Sequence record: OZ035795.1
Reading direction: 5' to 3' (one strand)
Source: Krischvirus LF73P4
DNA length: 64,000 nucleotides
Position 1 is the first letter of the stretch, and every line of letters starts with the position of its first letter. Shown in pieces: positions 1 to 7,761 of this stretch. The notes under the pieces are model-generated. The model saw nothing but the letters and a program-made list of their open reading frames with translations. It was not told the DNA's origin and searched no databases. The position numbers and the translations under genes are program-made.

Positions 1-48
1 ACCCCATTATCCCCGATCCGTCAAAGTTGCAGAATATTAATTTTTGTT

Positions 49-294
49 TCATATACGCCCCTTTAATCCAACACAGATTTTAGAAGGTTCTTTGCCGTGC
101 CACATTAAGTAAAGTCCGTTAATGCGGCCTTGTTTTGTGTATGATTCTTTTCTGATCTTCTTATAGTGTCGTGTTTCCTCTACCGATTGTTTAGAATACC
201 AATCATAAAGGAAGAGGAACAAAGGCCAACCATTAGCAACCTTAATGCAGTTATTCAAAAATTCCTTATTTCGTTTAATTAATTTTCTTTTCAC
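49..294 (-). CDS. hypothetical protein (81 aa, Trp-rich); GTG start, weak support
   Basis: ORF track; start codon is GTG overlapping the upstream stop; no clear SD. Confidence 0.3.
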   Translation of the reverse strand: MKRKLIKRNKEFLNNCIKVANGWPLFLFLYDWYSKQSVEETRHYKKIRKESYTKQGRINGLYLMWHGKEPSKICVGLKGRI

Positions 295-542
295 GCTGCC
301 CCCATTGGTTTGATAGTAACAGAATCTAAAAGACCTTTGTTAGCCAGTTCGCGGCAAGTTTTCAGATCCGCAACTTCCCAGCCAGCCGCAATCAGGTTAT
401 CAATGAGGCTGTTAGCAACTTCTTCGCTCATGAAAGAGCACTGTTTGCCGATGGTGTAGCGTACACGCTGTAATTTCAGTTTACGGAAGCCTTTAACGTT
501 CAGGTCTTTAGCGATTTTCTTTGCGGTTTCGATGTTAGCCAT
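291..542 (-). CDS. hypothetical small early protein (83 aa)
   Basis: ATG at 540-542 preceded by SD1 context and promoter 583-611. Confidence 0.6.
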   Translation of the reverse strand: MANIETAKKIAKDLNVKGFRKLKLQRVRYTIGKQCSFMSEEVANSLIDNLIAAGWEVADLKTCRELANKGLLDSVTIKPMGAA

Positions 543-582
543 TGTTTGATTCTCCTAAGTGGTATCTCGTCTTGATGGTTGT

Positions 583-611
583 ATTGTAGGGGAGTTATCC
601 TCCCCTGTCAA
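583..611 (-). promoter_or_regulatory. sigma70-type early promoter (PeSL-like)
   Basis: minus strand TTGACA (606-611), 17-nt palindromic spacer GGGGAGGATAACTCCCC, TACAAT (583-588). Confidence 0.7.
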
Positions 612-625
612 CACTTTTTATAAAA

Positions 626-793
626 TTATTTGTTAATTTCTGGTGCGTTGCTCGGATAGTAACCTTCTTTAACACCCAGATATTTTGCAACCATCCCTAC
701 AATCTTCTGTGCTACTACAATGTCAAATTTCAGATAATCTTCGCCGTGGGTTTCAATGATATATGCTTCACATGCTGCTTTAGTCTCGAACAT
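626..793 (-). CDS. hypothetical protein (55 aa); paralog of 3896..4063; not in ORF track
   Basis: ATG at 791-793 with SD1; nucleotide sequence nearly identical to 3896-4063. Confidence 0.5.
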   Translation of the reverse strand: MFETKAACEAYIIETHGEDYLKFDIVVAQKIVGMVAKYLGVKEGYYPSNAPEINK

Positions 794-826
794 TTTGATT
801 CTCCTATTTCGTTTCGGTATGTGTGT

Positions 827-855
827 ATTATAGGGGATCTCCCGATCCCCGTCAA
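827..855 (-). promoter_or_regulatory. sigma70-type early promoter (PeSL-like)
   Basis: minus strand TTGACG (850-855), palindromic 17-nt spacer, TATAAT (827-832). Confidence 0.7.
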
Positions 856-869
856 CAACTTTTTTAAAA

Positions 870-1151
870 TTATTCGTGATTAGTTTCGATGTTGTGCATT
901 TTGCACCAGTTCAGCCAATCACCCAGATCCTGATAGTTAATGCTTTTATCTGCTGCCATCGTTTTTGTCTTGATACCCATATGTGCGTTATGAGTAAGCA
1001 TTTTTACAGTGAACTCAATTTTATCGCCTTTAGCTTTAACATCAACCAGTTTGGTCCACTGGCTACCAGCGCCGCGAATGTTCATACCAACGATGTTTCC
1101 GATGTATGCTTCTTTGTTTTTCAGGATTTCGGTTGCTTTGATGAATTTCAT
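870..1151 (-). CDS. hypothetical small early protein (93 aa)
   Basis: ATG 1149-1151 with SD1; promoter 1185-1213. Confidence 0.6.
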   Translation of the reverse strand: MKFIKATEILKNKEAYIGNIVGMNIRGAGSQWTKLVDVKAKGDKIEFTVKMLTHNAHMGIKTKTMAADKSINYQDLGDWLNWCKMHNIETNHE

Positions 1152-1184
1152 TTTTGATTCTCCAGTTCGTTTCGGTATGGGTGT

Positions 1185-1213
1185 ATTATGCTATGTTCTT
1201 ACTTTGGTGTCAA
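1185..1213 (-). promoter_or_regulatory. sigma70-type early promoter (PeSL-like)
   Basis: minus strand TTGACA (1208-1213), 17-nt spacer, CATAAT (1185-1190). Confidence 0.65.
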
Positions 1214-1222
1214 CAACTTTTT

Positions 1223-1492
1223 TTAGATATTTTCAGAAATAAATTTTAAAACTTGACGTAAATGTTTCTCATCTTTGATAGTCGCCGGAAGTTCTTCTTT
1301 TACTTCCTGTGCAAGATAGATATTTCCGTTCCAAGTGAAAGATCCGTCTTCGTTTACGCGATAGCTGAACATCCACTCGCAATCATTTTCGATTTCATAT
1401 ACACACAGAAGGGTGTAATCGTTAAAGCTATTGATTTCAAGGTCGAAGCCGTGACGTTTTGCAAAGTTGGTAGTGGTTTTAGTCAGTGCCAT
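1223..1492 (-). CDS. hypothetical small early protein (89 aa)
   Basis: ATG 1490-1492 with SD1; promoter 1533-1561. Confidence 0.6.
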   Translation of the reverse strand: MALTKTTTNFAKRHGFDLEINSFNDYTLLCVYEIENDCEWMFSYRVNEDGSFTWNGNIYLAQEVKEELPATIKDEKHLRQVLKFISENI

Positions 1493-1532
1493 TGTTTGAT
1501 TCTCCTAAGTGGTATCTCGTTTCGATGGGTTT

Positions 1533-1561
1533 ATTATGCTATAGGCGTGATCTGGTGTCAA
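1533..1561 (-). promoter_or_regulatory. sigma70-type early promoter (PeSL-like)
   Basis: minus strand TTGACA (1556-1561), 17-nt spacer, CATAAT (1533-1538); module nearly identical to 20628-20656. Confidence 0.65.
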
Positions 1562-1583
1562 CAACTTTTTTAAAATTTTATGC

Positions 1584-1610
1584 AATAAAAAAGCCGACAC
1601 TAAGGTCGGC
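1584..1610 (-). terminator. rho-independent terminator (minus strand)
   Basis: hairpin GCCGAC/GTCGGC followed on minus strand by a T-run; downstream of gene 1619..1927. Confidence 0.6.
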
Positions 1611-1618
1611 TAATAAAA

Positions 1619-1927
1619 TCAACGAGATAGATAATCGTTTTGCGCGATCTGGTCGGCGTATGCTGGTGTTATGTCAATCGCCAACACTTTAACGCGTGCT
1701 TTCTTGCGACCTGGGTTTTCTCGTAACCAGTGCTCATGACCGTACACATTTTTATATTTTGATGCGGTTTCGAAGGTACGGATCGGACCAGGGTAATCAG
1801 CGTAAAGGATCTCTAGGTCTTCTGTGATGTAAAAATATACGTTGTAATTGCTGTTCTCTAGCTTAAGCAGAGACTTTCGGAACATTGGGAGATTTTCGCG
1901 GGTAAATTCAAAGATATTATCTTTCAT
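1619..1927 (-). CDS. HxHW-motif family protein, paralog 1 of 6 (102 aa)
   Basis: C-terminal HEHWL ... VKVLAIDIT motif shared with five neighbouring ORFs; SD2-type context. Confidence 0.6.
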   Translation of the reverse strand: MKDNIFEFTRENLPMFRKSLLKLENSNYNVYFYITEDLEILYADYPGPIRTFETASKYKNVYGHEHWLRENPGRKKARVKVLAIDITPAYADQIAQNDYLSR

Positions 1928-1950
1928 AGTATTATCCTCAATAGTTGGAT

Positions 1951-1972
1951 GAAAAGGGGGGCTTAATGCCCC
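1951..1972 (-). terminator. terminator-like hairpin (minus strand)
   Basis: GGGGC-TTAAT-GCCCC hairpin followed by T-run on minus strand, just downstream of 1978..2265. Confidence 0.5.
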
Positions 1973-1977
1973 GTATA

Positions 1978-2265
1978 TTAAAACAGTCCTTCCTGTACAC
2001 CGTAGTAGAGTTCATCGCTGATAATTTCATTAATGCGACGGTGTGCATATTCCTGATTTGCGAAGTTGTCAGCAAGTTCTACTTTAGTTTCGCCGTCATG
2101 AGTCCATTTAGTGATAACTTTACCATCTGCAAATTTGAAGTTGAACTCTTTAGCTACTGCATCGCGTACCAGACGTGCGAACTTGTTGTTACGGATTGCA
2201 TTATCGGTTTCGTGTGCAGCGTGAGCAAATTTGTTAACTTTCAGAGTGATAGTAATGTATGCCAT
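1978..2265 (-). CDS. hypothetical protein (95 aa); paralog of 5297..5608 (AKEFN motif)
   Basis: ATG 2263-2265 with SD1; shares RxxVRxAxAKEFNxK segment with 5297..5608. Confidence 0.6.
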   Translation of the reverse strand: MAYITITLKVNKFAHAAHETDNAIRNNKFARLVRDAVAKEFNFKFADGKVITKWTHDGETKVELADNFANQEYAHRRINEIISDELYYGVQEGLF

Positions 2266-2311
2266 AATTTGATTCTCCTAGTTAGAAAGTGTATCTCGTT
2301 TCGATGGGTGT

Positions 2312-2340
2312 ATTATGCTATACACCCGACCTCATGTCAA
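2312..2340 (-). promoter_or_regulatory. sigma70-type early promoter (PeSL-like)
   Basis: minus strand TTGACA (2335-2340), 17-nt spacer, CATAAT (2312-2317). Confidence 0.65.
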
Positions 2341-2346
2341 CACTTT

Positions 2347-2625
2347 TTATAAAATAATTTTTTGATATTTTTCTATGATGTTCGTGTAATTCACATCAAC
2401 CGCTAGCACCGTTGCTTCGAATCCACCGTTTAGCCAATGGCTATGATCGTGATCGTGAAAGAAACCTAGACCAGTACGAAGACCTTCTTTATATTCGGCG
2501 CGTACATTCAGTTTGTCGTCGATAAACAGATAAAACCATGAATTTTTACTAGGATTGATGATACAACCTTTCAGATTAGGGAGAATATCACGACTAAGAA
2601 TAAACTTATCACCTACCTTGAACAT
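2347..2625 (-). CDS. HxHW-motif family protein, paralog 2 (start adjusted to ATG 2625)
   Basis: HDHDHSHWL ... VLAVDV motif; SD2 context GTGAGGACTAATATT-ATG. Confidence 0.6.
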   Translation of the reverse strand: MFKVGDKFILSRDILPNLKGCIINPSKNSWFYLFIDDKLNVRAEYKEGLRTGLGFFHDHDHSHWLNGGFEATVLAVDVNYTNIIEKYQKIIL

Positions 2626-2629
2626 AATA

Positions 2630-2950
2630 TTAGTCCTCACTTATAAGGTCAAACCAATTGTTTTTCGCATAATGCTTAATGCGTGCTTGATCTGCTTCCG
2701 CTGGTGATAGATTCCATGCAACCACTACAACTTCTGACGCATCGTCATCCGTTTCTGATACCCAATGATTATGATTCATACAATTGTTTGCTATCGCGTG
2801 AGCAAATGATCTCATTACCGGAGACGTATAATCATAGTAACGGATTTTCAGATTTTCATCAACGTACAAGTAGATCGTATACGGCTTATATTCAGTAACC
2901 AGTAACAGACAGTTACGCAATTCTGGGAAAATCTTTTTAGTTAATTTCAT
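2630..2950 (-). CDS. HxHW-motif family protein, paralog 3 (start adjusted to ATG 2950)
   Basis: NHNHWV ... VVVAWNL motif; SD2 context before internal ATG. Confidence 0.55.
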   Translation of the reverse strand: MKLTKKIFPELRNCLLLVTEYKPYTIYLYVDENLKIRYYDYTSPVMRSFAHAIANNCMNHNHWVSETDDDASEVVVVAWNLSPAEADQARIKHYAKNNWFDLISED

Positions 2951-2951
2951 T

Positions 2952-3161
2952 TTATAATCCTCGGTCGCGGCTATAGTACACGGTACGCCATACAATTTCA
3001 TGTTTCGTGTCGCTCCAGCACACGATCTCATTTACTCTTAAATCTTTGTTATCAACAAAAGATGAACATTGTGACGCTTCTTTCATCATTTTATCTGCTG
3101 TTTTCTCATCAAATACAGCACAGATTTCTTTATACACTCGATAATCTTTAAACTTGCTCAT
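2952..3161 (-). CDS. hypothetical protein, MSKFKDY family paralog A
   Basis: N-terminus MSKFKDYRVY... with KMMKEASQC segment shared with 3164..3373. Confidence 0.5.
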   Translation of the reverse strand: MSKFKDYRVYKEICAVFDEKTADKMMKEASQCSSFVDNKDLRVNEIVCWSDTKHEIVWRTVYYSRDRGL

Positions 3162-3163
3162 AA

Positions 3164-3373
3164 TTAACACCAATCAAGAGTTTTTGAGAAAACCTCTATC
3201 CATTGTTGAGTATATGCGGTTTCTTTCCATGAGACAATACCGGTAGAATAATGGTTTTTGTTTCCAGAAAAGGACGGGCATTTTGATGCATCTTCCATCA
3301 TCTTTTCCGCGAACTCTGGTTCGTATACTCGCAAGATCTGTTGATATGCTTTGTAGTCTTTAAATTTGCTCAT
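3164..3373 (-). CDS. hypothetical protein, MSKFKDY family paralog B
   Basis: N-terminus MSKFKDYKAY... KMMEDASKC; tandem to paralog A. Confidence 0.5.
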   Translation of the reverse strand: MSKFKDYKAYQQILRVYEPEFAEKMMEDASKCPSFSGNKNHYSTGIVSWKETAYTQQWIEVFSKTLDWC

Positions 3374-3638
3374 AATCGTTAACTACCTTATCAGCTTCTT
3401 TTATTGTTTTTACATCAACTGCGATAACCCGTAAAGGTTCGTCGTGGTTCCACCAATGATCGTGAATATCAGCTTGTGATTTATCACCAAAGGAATCACG
3501 AATATCATTTTTACATTTATAGCTAATGTGACCGTCATAGTCAACATAAAGGTAATTATCGAAAATCGGCGTTTTTAAGATCATGCCGAAAAATCTTTCT
3601 TTGTGTGTCTTATCCAGTGTTGCAGTAATTCGCATCAT
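3360..3638 (-). CDS. HxHW-motif family protein, paralog 4 (92 aa)
   Basis: HDHWWNH ... VIAVDV motif; SD2 context. Confidence 0.6.
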   Translation of the reverse strand: MMRITATLDKTHKERFFGMILKTPIFDNYLYVDYDGHISYKCKNDIRDSFGDKSQADIHDHWWNHDEPLRVIAVDVKTIKEADKVVNDYEQI

Positions 3639-3650
3639 AATATATTCCTC

Positions 3651-3830
3651 TTAGAAAGGGATGGTCATTTCTTGAGCTTGTACATTCTCGTTAGGATTAA
3701 ACTTCATCCAACCGATATTGTCTACCAGCATATGCACATTTTTATCATATCCTACGTGAGTAGTCAATACTAAATGTGCTTTACCTTCAACGATGATTTC
3801 CATGTACTTCTGAACTTCGATAGCTTTCAT
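3651..3830 (-). CDS. hypothetical protein (59 aa); not in ORF track
   Basis: ATG 3828-3830 with SD1 and promoter 3864-3892; uninterrupted 59 codons. Confidence 0.45.
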   Translation of the reverse strand: MKAIEVQKYMEIIVEGKAHLVLTTHVGYDKNVHMLVDNIGWMKFNPNENVQAQEMTIPF

Positions 3831-3863
3831 TTTTGATTCTCCGTTTGTTGTCTTGATGGGAGT

Positions 3864-3892
3864 ATATTACTACTCCCTTTAATCATTGTCAA
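3864..3892 (-). promoter_or_regulatory. sigma70-type early promoter (PeSL-like)
   Basis: minus strand TTGACA (3887-3892), 17-nt spacer, TAATAT (3864-3869); GGGAGTA/TACTCCC palindrome around -10. Confidence 0.65.
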
Positions 3893-3895
3893 CTA

Positions 3896-4063
3896 TTATT
3901 TGTTAATTTCCGGTGCGTTGCTCGGATAGTAACCTTCTTTAACACCCAGATATTTTGCGACCATTCCGGTGATCTTCTGTGCTACTACAATGTCAAATTT
4001 CAGGTAGTCTTCACCGTGGTTTGCTACAATGTATGCTTCGCATTCTGCTTTAGTCTGGAACAT
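3896..4063 (-). CDS. hypothetical protein (55 aa); paralog of 626..793
   Basis: ATG 4061-4063 with SD1; near-identical to 626-793 at nucleotide level. Confidence 0.5.
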   Translation of the reverse strand: MFQTKAECEAYIVANHGEDYLKFDIVVAQKITGMVAKYLGVKEGYYPSNAPEINK

Positions 4064-4097
4064 TTTTGATTCTCCTATATCTCGTTGGTATGTGTGT

Positions 4098-4126
4098 AGT
4101 ATAGGGGATCGGTGATCCCCTGTCAA
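4098..4126 (-). promoter_or_regulatory. sigma70-type early promoter (PeSL-like)
   Basis: minus strand TTGACA (4121-4126), palindromic spacer GGGGATCACCGATCCCC, TATACT (4098-4103). Confidence 0.7.
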
Positions 4127-4133
4127 CAACTTT

Positions 4134-4442
4134 TTATTCTTCATCTTCATCTTTATCTTGATATGCGTACTTCATAAATTTGTCTGCTACTTTGTCCGCG
4201 TTTTCAGGTTCTACGTCTGACGCTAGGACAACAGCTAGTTCGGTTTTGTCGTTTCCATCATACCAATGATTATGAGTGTCGTTTTCTTCGATATAAAACG
4301 AATCGTTTGGAGTTGTGCGACAATATACGTCTAAATTCCCATCGATATAAAAGATCCAATCCGAATACAAAATGATTGTTTTAGCAAGATTTTTATTGTC
4401 TCTTACAAAAGGTTCCGCGACAAATAGCTTAGTTTGTTCCAT
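4134..4442 (-). CDS. HxHW-motif family protein, paralog 5 (start adjusted to ATG 4442)
   Basis: THNHWY ... AVVLASDV motif; SD2 context. Confidence 0.55.
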   Translation of the reverse strand: MEQTKLFVAEPFVRDNKNLAKTIILYSDWIFYIDGNLDVYCRTTPNDSFYIEENDTHNHWYDGNDKTELAVVLASDVEPENADKVADKFMKYAYQDKDEDEE

Positions 4443-4458
4443 AATATTTTCCTCAAAA

Positions 4459-4650
4459 TTATACAGCTTCGTAAACTTCCCAATGTTCAGCACCAACACG
4501 CTTAACGAAAAGGTTTTCTTTGATGTTATTCATAAACGTCTGGATGGATTTAATGCGGTTGGAAGGTTTCCAGTCTTCGTTGGCATTGCGGCGATACATA
4601 ATAATATTACCAGTTCGCTTATATTCAGCAACCATTTTAAGACCACACAT
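4459..4650 (-). CDS. hypothetical protein (63 aa)
   Basis: ATG 4648-4650 with SD2 context; promoter 4699-4727. Confidence 0.5.
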   Translation of the reverse strand: MCGLKMVAEYKRTGNIIMYRRNANEDWKPSNRIKSIQTFMNNIKENLFVKRVGAEHWEVYEAV

Positions 4651-4698
4651 AATATTATCCTCAATTTGTGGGAGAGTATTACCCTCCCGATTATTGTT

Positions 4699-4727
4699 AT
4701 ACTACATTACGCAAAATGGCGTGTCAA
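4699..4727 (-). promoter_or_regulatory. sigma70-type promoter
   Basis: minus strand TTGACA (4722-4727), 17-nt spacer, TAGTAT (4699-4704); overlaps 3' end of upstream gene. Confidence 0.5.
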
Positions 4728-5027
4728 TGCTTCTTTTGCTGTTCCGCTAAGATTCTCGATCTCTCCTGGCATAACATCAACCGCCAGAACTTCTACAACA
4801 TCCTCTGATCCTAACCAGTGAGTATGACCTTTGTAGAACTTGATAATCAGACTACCTTCCTCATCCCATTTAACGCTATCGCTAGCCCACCACACATCAC
4901 CGTCGATAAAGTTGATGTAAAGCACACTACGCCACATTGAATTAATTACTTTCAATACTGCGCCTTTCATATCTTCCACGGTGTGGTCTTCCATTTTGAA
5001 GACCTCGCCTACCTGAACTTTTGCCAT
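4707..5027 (-). CDS. HxHW-motif family protein, paralog 6 (106 aa)
   Basis: GHTHWLG ... VLAVDV motif; SD2-like context. Confidence 0.6.
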   Translation of the reverse strand: MAKVQVGEVFKMEDHTVEDMKGAVLKVINSMWRSVLYINFIDGDVWWASDSVKWDEEGSLIIKFYKGHTHWLGSEDVVEVLAVDVMPGEIENLSGTAKEALTRHFA

Positions 5028-5044
5028 TTAGTCACCTCTCTTTA

Positions 5045-5224
5045 TTACATAACAATTACGCCAGCCGTTGAAAGTTGATGTTTCAACTGAGCATTTTCTG
5101 CTACTGTCAAATCAATGATTTCTTGTGACGCTGCAATCATATAGCCATTGGTGATATTGTTTTGCATCAGTTCAATGGTTTCTTCGTTGTAGCGGATTTT
5201 AGCGATGATTTCGTTGAAGTTCAT
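5045..5224 (-). CDS. hypothetical protein (59 aa); not in ORF track
   Basis: ATG 5222-5224 with SD1 and promoter 5259-5288. Confidence 0.45.
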   Translation of the reverse strand: MNFNEIIAKIRYNEETIELMQNNITNGYMIAASQEIIDLTVAENAQLKHQLSTAGVIVM

Positions 5225-5258
5225 AATTGATTCTCCTAGTTCGTTTCGGTATGTGTGT

Positions 5259-5288
5259 ATTATAGGGGAGTTTAACCTCCCCTGTCAA
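5259..5288 (-). promoter_or_regulatory. sigma70-type early promoter (PeSL-like)
   Basis: minus strand TTGACA (5283-5288), palindromic 18-nt spacer, TATAAT (5259-5264). Confidence 0.65.
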
Positions 5289-5296
5289 CAACTTTT

Positions 5297-5608
5297 TTAA
5301 AGTTTTTCCATGATAACGGTCATAATTACATCTTCTGCGCGAGCGGTCAGATTATCAGCGTCAGCATGTGGGCGGTTGGTTGTTACAGAGATAACACCGT
5401 TGCGCACTGGTTTGATATTGATATCAAGATGATCCGCGAAACGTTCGCCAGTTACAGAATGAATTTTGGTGTTAAATTCTTTTGCCAGTGCCTTGCGAAC
5501 TTCACGAATCAGGGTAGCGTTTTTCAGTTGGTTCTCCGCGCTCATGGTCTTCTGAGTGTTCATGGTTCCGTCGAAGTCAATCATTGGCAGCGTTACGATG
5601 TATTTCAT
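5297..5608 (-). CDS. hypothetical protein (103 aa); paralog of 1978..2265
   Basis: ATG 5606-5608 with SD1; AKEFN segment shared. Confidence 0.6.
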   Translation of the reverse strand: MKYIVTLPMIDFDGTMNTQKTMSAENQLKNATLIREVRKALAKEFNTKIHSVTGERFADHLDINIKPVRNGVISVTTNRPHADADNLTARAEDVIMTVIMEKL

Positions 5609-5651
5609 TTTTGATTCTCCTTAAGAAAGTGTGTTTCGTTTTGATGTGTGT

Positions 5652-5680
5652 AGTATAGGGGATCACCGATCCCCTGTCAA
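5652..5680 (-). promoter_or_regulatory. sigma70-type early promoter (PeSL-like)
   Basis: minus strand TTGACA (5675-5680), palindromic spacer, TATACT (5652-5657). Confidence 0.7.
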
Positions 5681-5688
5681 CAACTTTT

Positions 5689-6018
5689 TTATGATTTTAG
5701 TGAATTAACCACTACATCAAAATGATGTACAGAGCACACCTTATTAAACACATATTCATCGTGTTTAGGAATAGCCCCTAATCGCTCGATTTCGCTCGCT
5801 GACACGATAAACCGTTTATCAGGTGCATTTACCTTATATGCTTCAACAACGCACGGAAAACGCGTTTTAGAGAGTTCGGGATAGTTTTCTGACTCCATCA
5901 GGACAATGAATACCCTATTACATTGATTGTAGAATCCGGTTTTTGATTTCATCAAGTTTTCTTCTCTGTGAAATTCGTGCAATCTTCCTTTCATGATTTC
6001 GTTGGTTCTTGTCTTCAC
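5689..6018 (-). CDS. hypothetical protein; start uncertain (possible internal ATG at 5994 or 5952)
   Basis: ORF track; last gene of an overlapping operon. Confidence 0.45.
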   Translation of the reverse strand: MKTRTNEIMKGRLHEFHREENLMKSKTGFYNQCNRVFIVLMESENYPELSKTRFPCVVEAYKVNAPDKRFIVSASEIERLGAIPKHDEYVFNKVCSVHHFDVVVNSLKS

Positions 6019-6259
6019 AGTTTACCCACTCAACAAGGTCTTTGCCTAACTCGAAAGCCCATTCTCGGTCCTGCTTTACGTTTTGTAGGTATGGACTTTC
6101 CGACACTCGACGAAGTGATCTTGTCGTAACAAGAATGATCCCAGGAATGTTCGGATGTTCCTTTCCATATACAATAGGACGCGAGTCACTATCAATACCC
6201 TGTAAGAAGGTGTATCCTGAATCACTTAGGATCATATACATTTTCATTTCATCCATCAC
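5918..6259 (-). CDS. hypothetical protein (about 112 aa)
   Basis: ORF track; start overlaps stop of upstream gene (translational coupling). Confidence 0.5.
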   Translation of the reverse strand: MMDEMKMYMILSDSGYTFLQGIDSDSRPIVYGKEHPNIPGIILVTTRSLRRVSESPYLQNVKQDREWAFELGKDLVEWVNCEDKNQRNHERKIARISQRRKLDEIKNRILQSM

Positions 6260-6516
6260 AGTTTCCTCAACCAGTTATTAAAGCGAGTAAACCATGATGC
6301 TTTTCGTGCTTCTTCTTCGGCTTTGCACGCACGCAAACCACTGAAACACCATTCATAATCATCACTGAAACATGATTCAACAGGAACACCCGCATTTCGT
6401 AGTTCTCTGGTCTTTATCATGAATCCTTGACATAAGGGGCGACCTTCAACAATGATAGGAAGTTTAACTTTTTCCATGAAAGTATACCCAGCACGGTCAA
6501 TAATTTCAATTTTCAT
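6256..6516 (-). CDS. hypothetical protein (86 aa)
   Basis: ORF track; coupled start/stop overlap. Confidence 0.5.
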   Translation of the reverse strand: MKIEIIDRAGYTFMEKVKLPIIVEGRPLCQGFMIKTRELRNAGVPVESCFSDDYEWCFSGLRACKAEEEARKASWFTRFNNWLRKL

Positions 6517-6760
6517 TTACATTATCTCCATAGATCTTTCCATCAATATCAATTTCACCAGCGCGAACATCTAGGATAAGATGTGGTAGGTGTATGCAGT
6601 TTTCCCACCCTACGCGCTTCATTTCTTCTACGGTAACGTAAGCCCACCCGTTCGCTGTAATAAAGTCTACTTCAACCTTGAGAGGAAAGCAAGACTTTTC
6701 TATGTCTTCGAATCCGACAATATGTTTTGTTGTTGAATATGGAATATATCCGGTGATCAT
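6506..6760 (-). CDS. hypothetical protein (84 aa)
   Basis: ORF track; ATGA start/stop overlap with upstream gene. Confidence 0.5.
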   Translation of the reverse strand: MITGYIPYSTTKHIVGFEDIEKSCFPLKVEVDFITANGWAYVTVEEMKRVGWENCIHLPHLILDVRAGEIDIDGKIYGDNVNEN

Positions 6761-7191
6761 TTTGTGATCTCCTTATACTCAACACACCATAAGCGGGTAG
6801 CCCATGATAAACGCTCATAACGCTGGCAGAAATCGGACCATAGATATTGTGTACCGTCTTGCATGGTTGAAATATGCGTTTTCTCTCCAACTTTCACGAA
6901 AGAAGTATTCGATTTTGTGATCTCGACCGGAGTATATCCGAAAGCGGGTTCCAACTCAACATCTGAACTAAATGCCAATTTAACAGAATTTGTTTTTCTG
7001 ACCGCTGTCCGGTTTCCTTCTGGGTACAGCACAGCAGGTTTAGCGCCTAAGCGGATAAACTCAGTATTTTTAATGAACAGAATATCATGATAACCGTCAT
7101 ATTCCGACACTTCCATAGTAACAGGAAAATCGACATGTGCTAAACCTGGTAGATCTCGCATATCATGAAATGTAGCCATAATCTTTTTCAT
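6757..7191 (-). CDS. hypothetical protein (start adjusted to ATG 7191)
   Basis: SD2-like context before internal ATG; ORF track 6757..7218. Confidence 0.5.
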   Translation of the reverse strand: MKKIMATFHDMRDLPGLAHVDFPVTMEVSEYDGYHDILFIKNTEFIRLGAKPAVLYPEGNRTAVRKTNSVKLAFSSDVELEPAFGYTPVEITKSNTSFVKVGEKTHISTMQDGTQYLWSDFCQRYERLSWATRLWCVEYKEITK

Positions 7192-7201
7192 TCTATATTC
7201 C

Positions 7202-7399
7202 TCACTCTTCTGTTTCATTTCTTTTATATGGTACTATAACAGGATTAATACAGCAAGCACCAATTACGTTATGAGCACCACAATTTAAGCATTTATAATC
7301 ATGGAACTTATTAAGGAATCGCCCGAACTCATAACCGACTAACGCCGCGTGTACTTGAGTCTCGATCTCATCCATATCAGCCAATGTTTTAACCTTCAT
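7202..7399 (-). CDS. hypothetical Cys-containing protein (65 aa; start adjusted)
   Basis: SD2 context TTGAGGATTATATT-ATG at 7399; CLNCGAHNVIGACC segment. Confidence 0.5.
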   Translation of the reverse strand: MKVKTLADMDEIETQVHAALVGYEFGRFLNKFHDYKCLNCGAHNVIGACCINPVIVPYKRNETEE

Positions 7400-7409
7400 A
7401 ATATAATCC

Positions 7410-7700
7410 TCAAATACTGGTTTTGCGAAGATGGTCATTACATGCTTTTAATGCATCAGTCGAGGTGTCATAGCGAGTATTATCATAGCACCAATAACCA
7501 TCTGTCAACTGATAAATTAATCCATCCTTTTTAGCGTCGATGAAAGACAATTCTTTGAAAGTTTCTACTTTCTTTGCTGATACTCCACGGTCACGGCGTT
7601 TATAGAGTTTAGCTAAAATGCGTTCAGCTTGTTCCTCTTTATCGCCAGACAGATCCCAGATGATGTTTCTGATATGCTTGATTAATTGTTCAGTGGTCAT
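7410..7700 (-). CDS. hypothetical protein (96 aa), first gene of operon
   Basis: ATG 7698-7700 with SD1; promoter 7731-7758. Confidence 0.6.
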   Translation of the reverse strand: MTTEQLIKHIRNIIWDLSGDKEEQAERILAKLYKRRDRGVSAKKVETFKELSFIDAKKDGLIYQLTDGYWCYDNTRYDTSTDALKACNDHLRKTSI

Positions 7701-7730
7701 ATTTGATTCTCCTTAGTTGGTATGGTTATC

Positions 7731-7758
7731 ATTATACGGGGATTTCTCCCCGTGTCAA
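7731..7758 (-). promoter_or_regulatory. sigma70-type early promoter (PeSL-like)
   Basis: minus strand TTGACA (7753-7758), spacer CGGGGAGAAATCCCCG, TATAAT (7731-7736). Confidence 0.7.
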
Positions 7759-7761
7759 CAA

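Noticed and set aside
876-2352. Plus-strand ORFs in the left arm (876-1157, 1009-1242, 1262-1573, 1486-1692, 1945-2352 and similar ones up to 29.8 kb)
   Set aside because: They lie antisense to well-supported minus-strand genes that carry promoters and SD sequences, and they have no ribosome-binding sites or conserved motifs of their own. They are treated as shadow ORFs.
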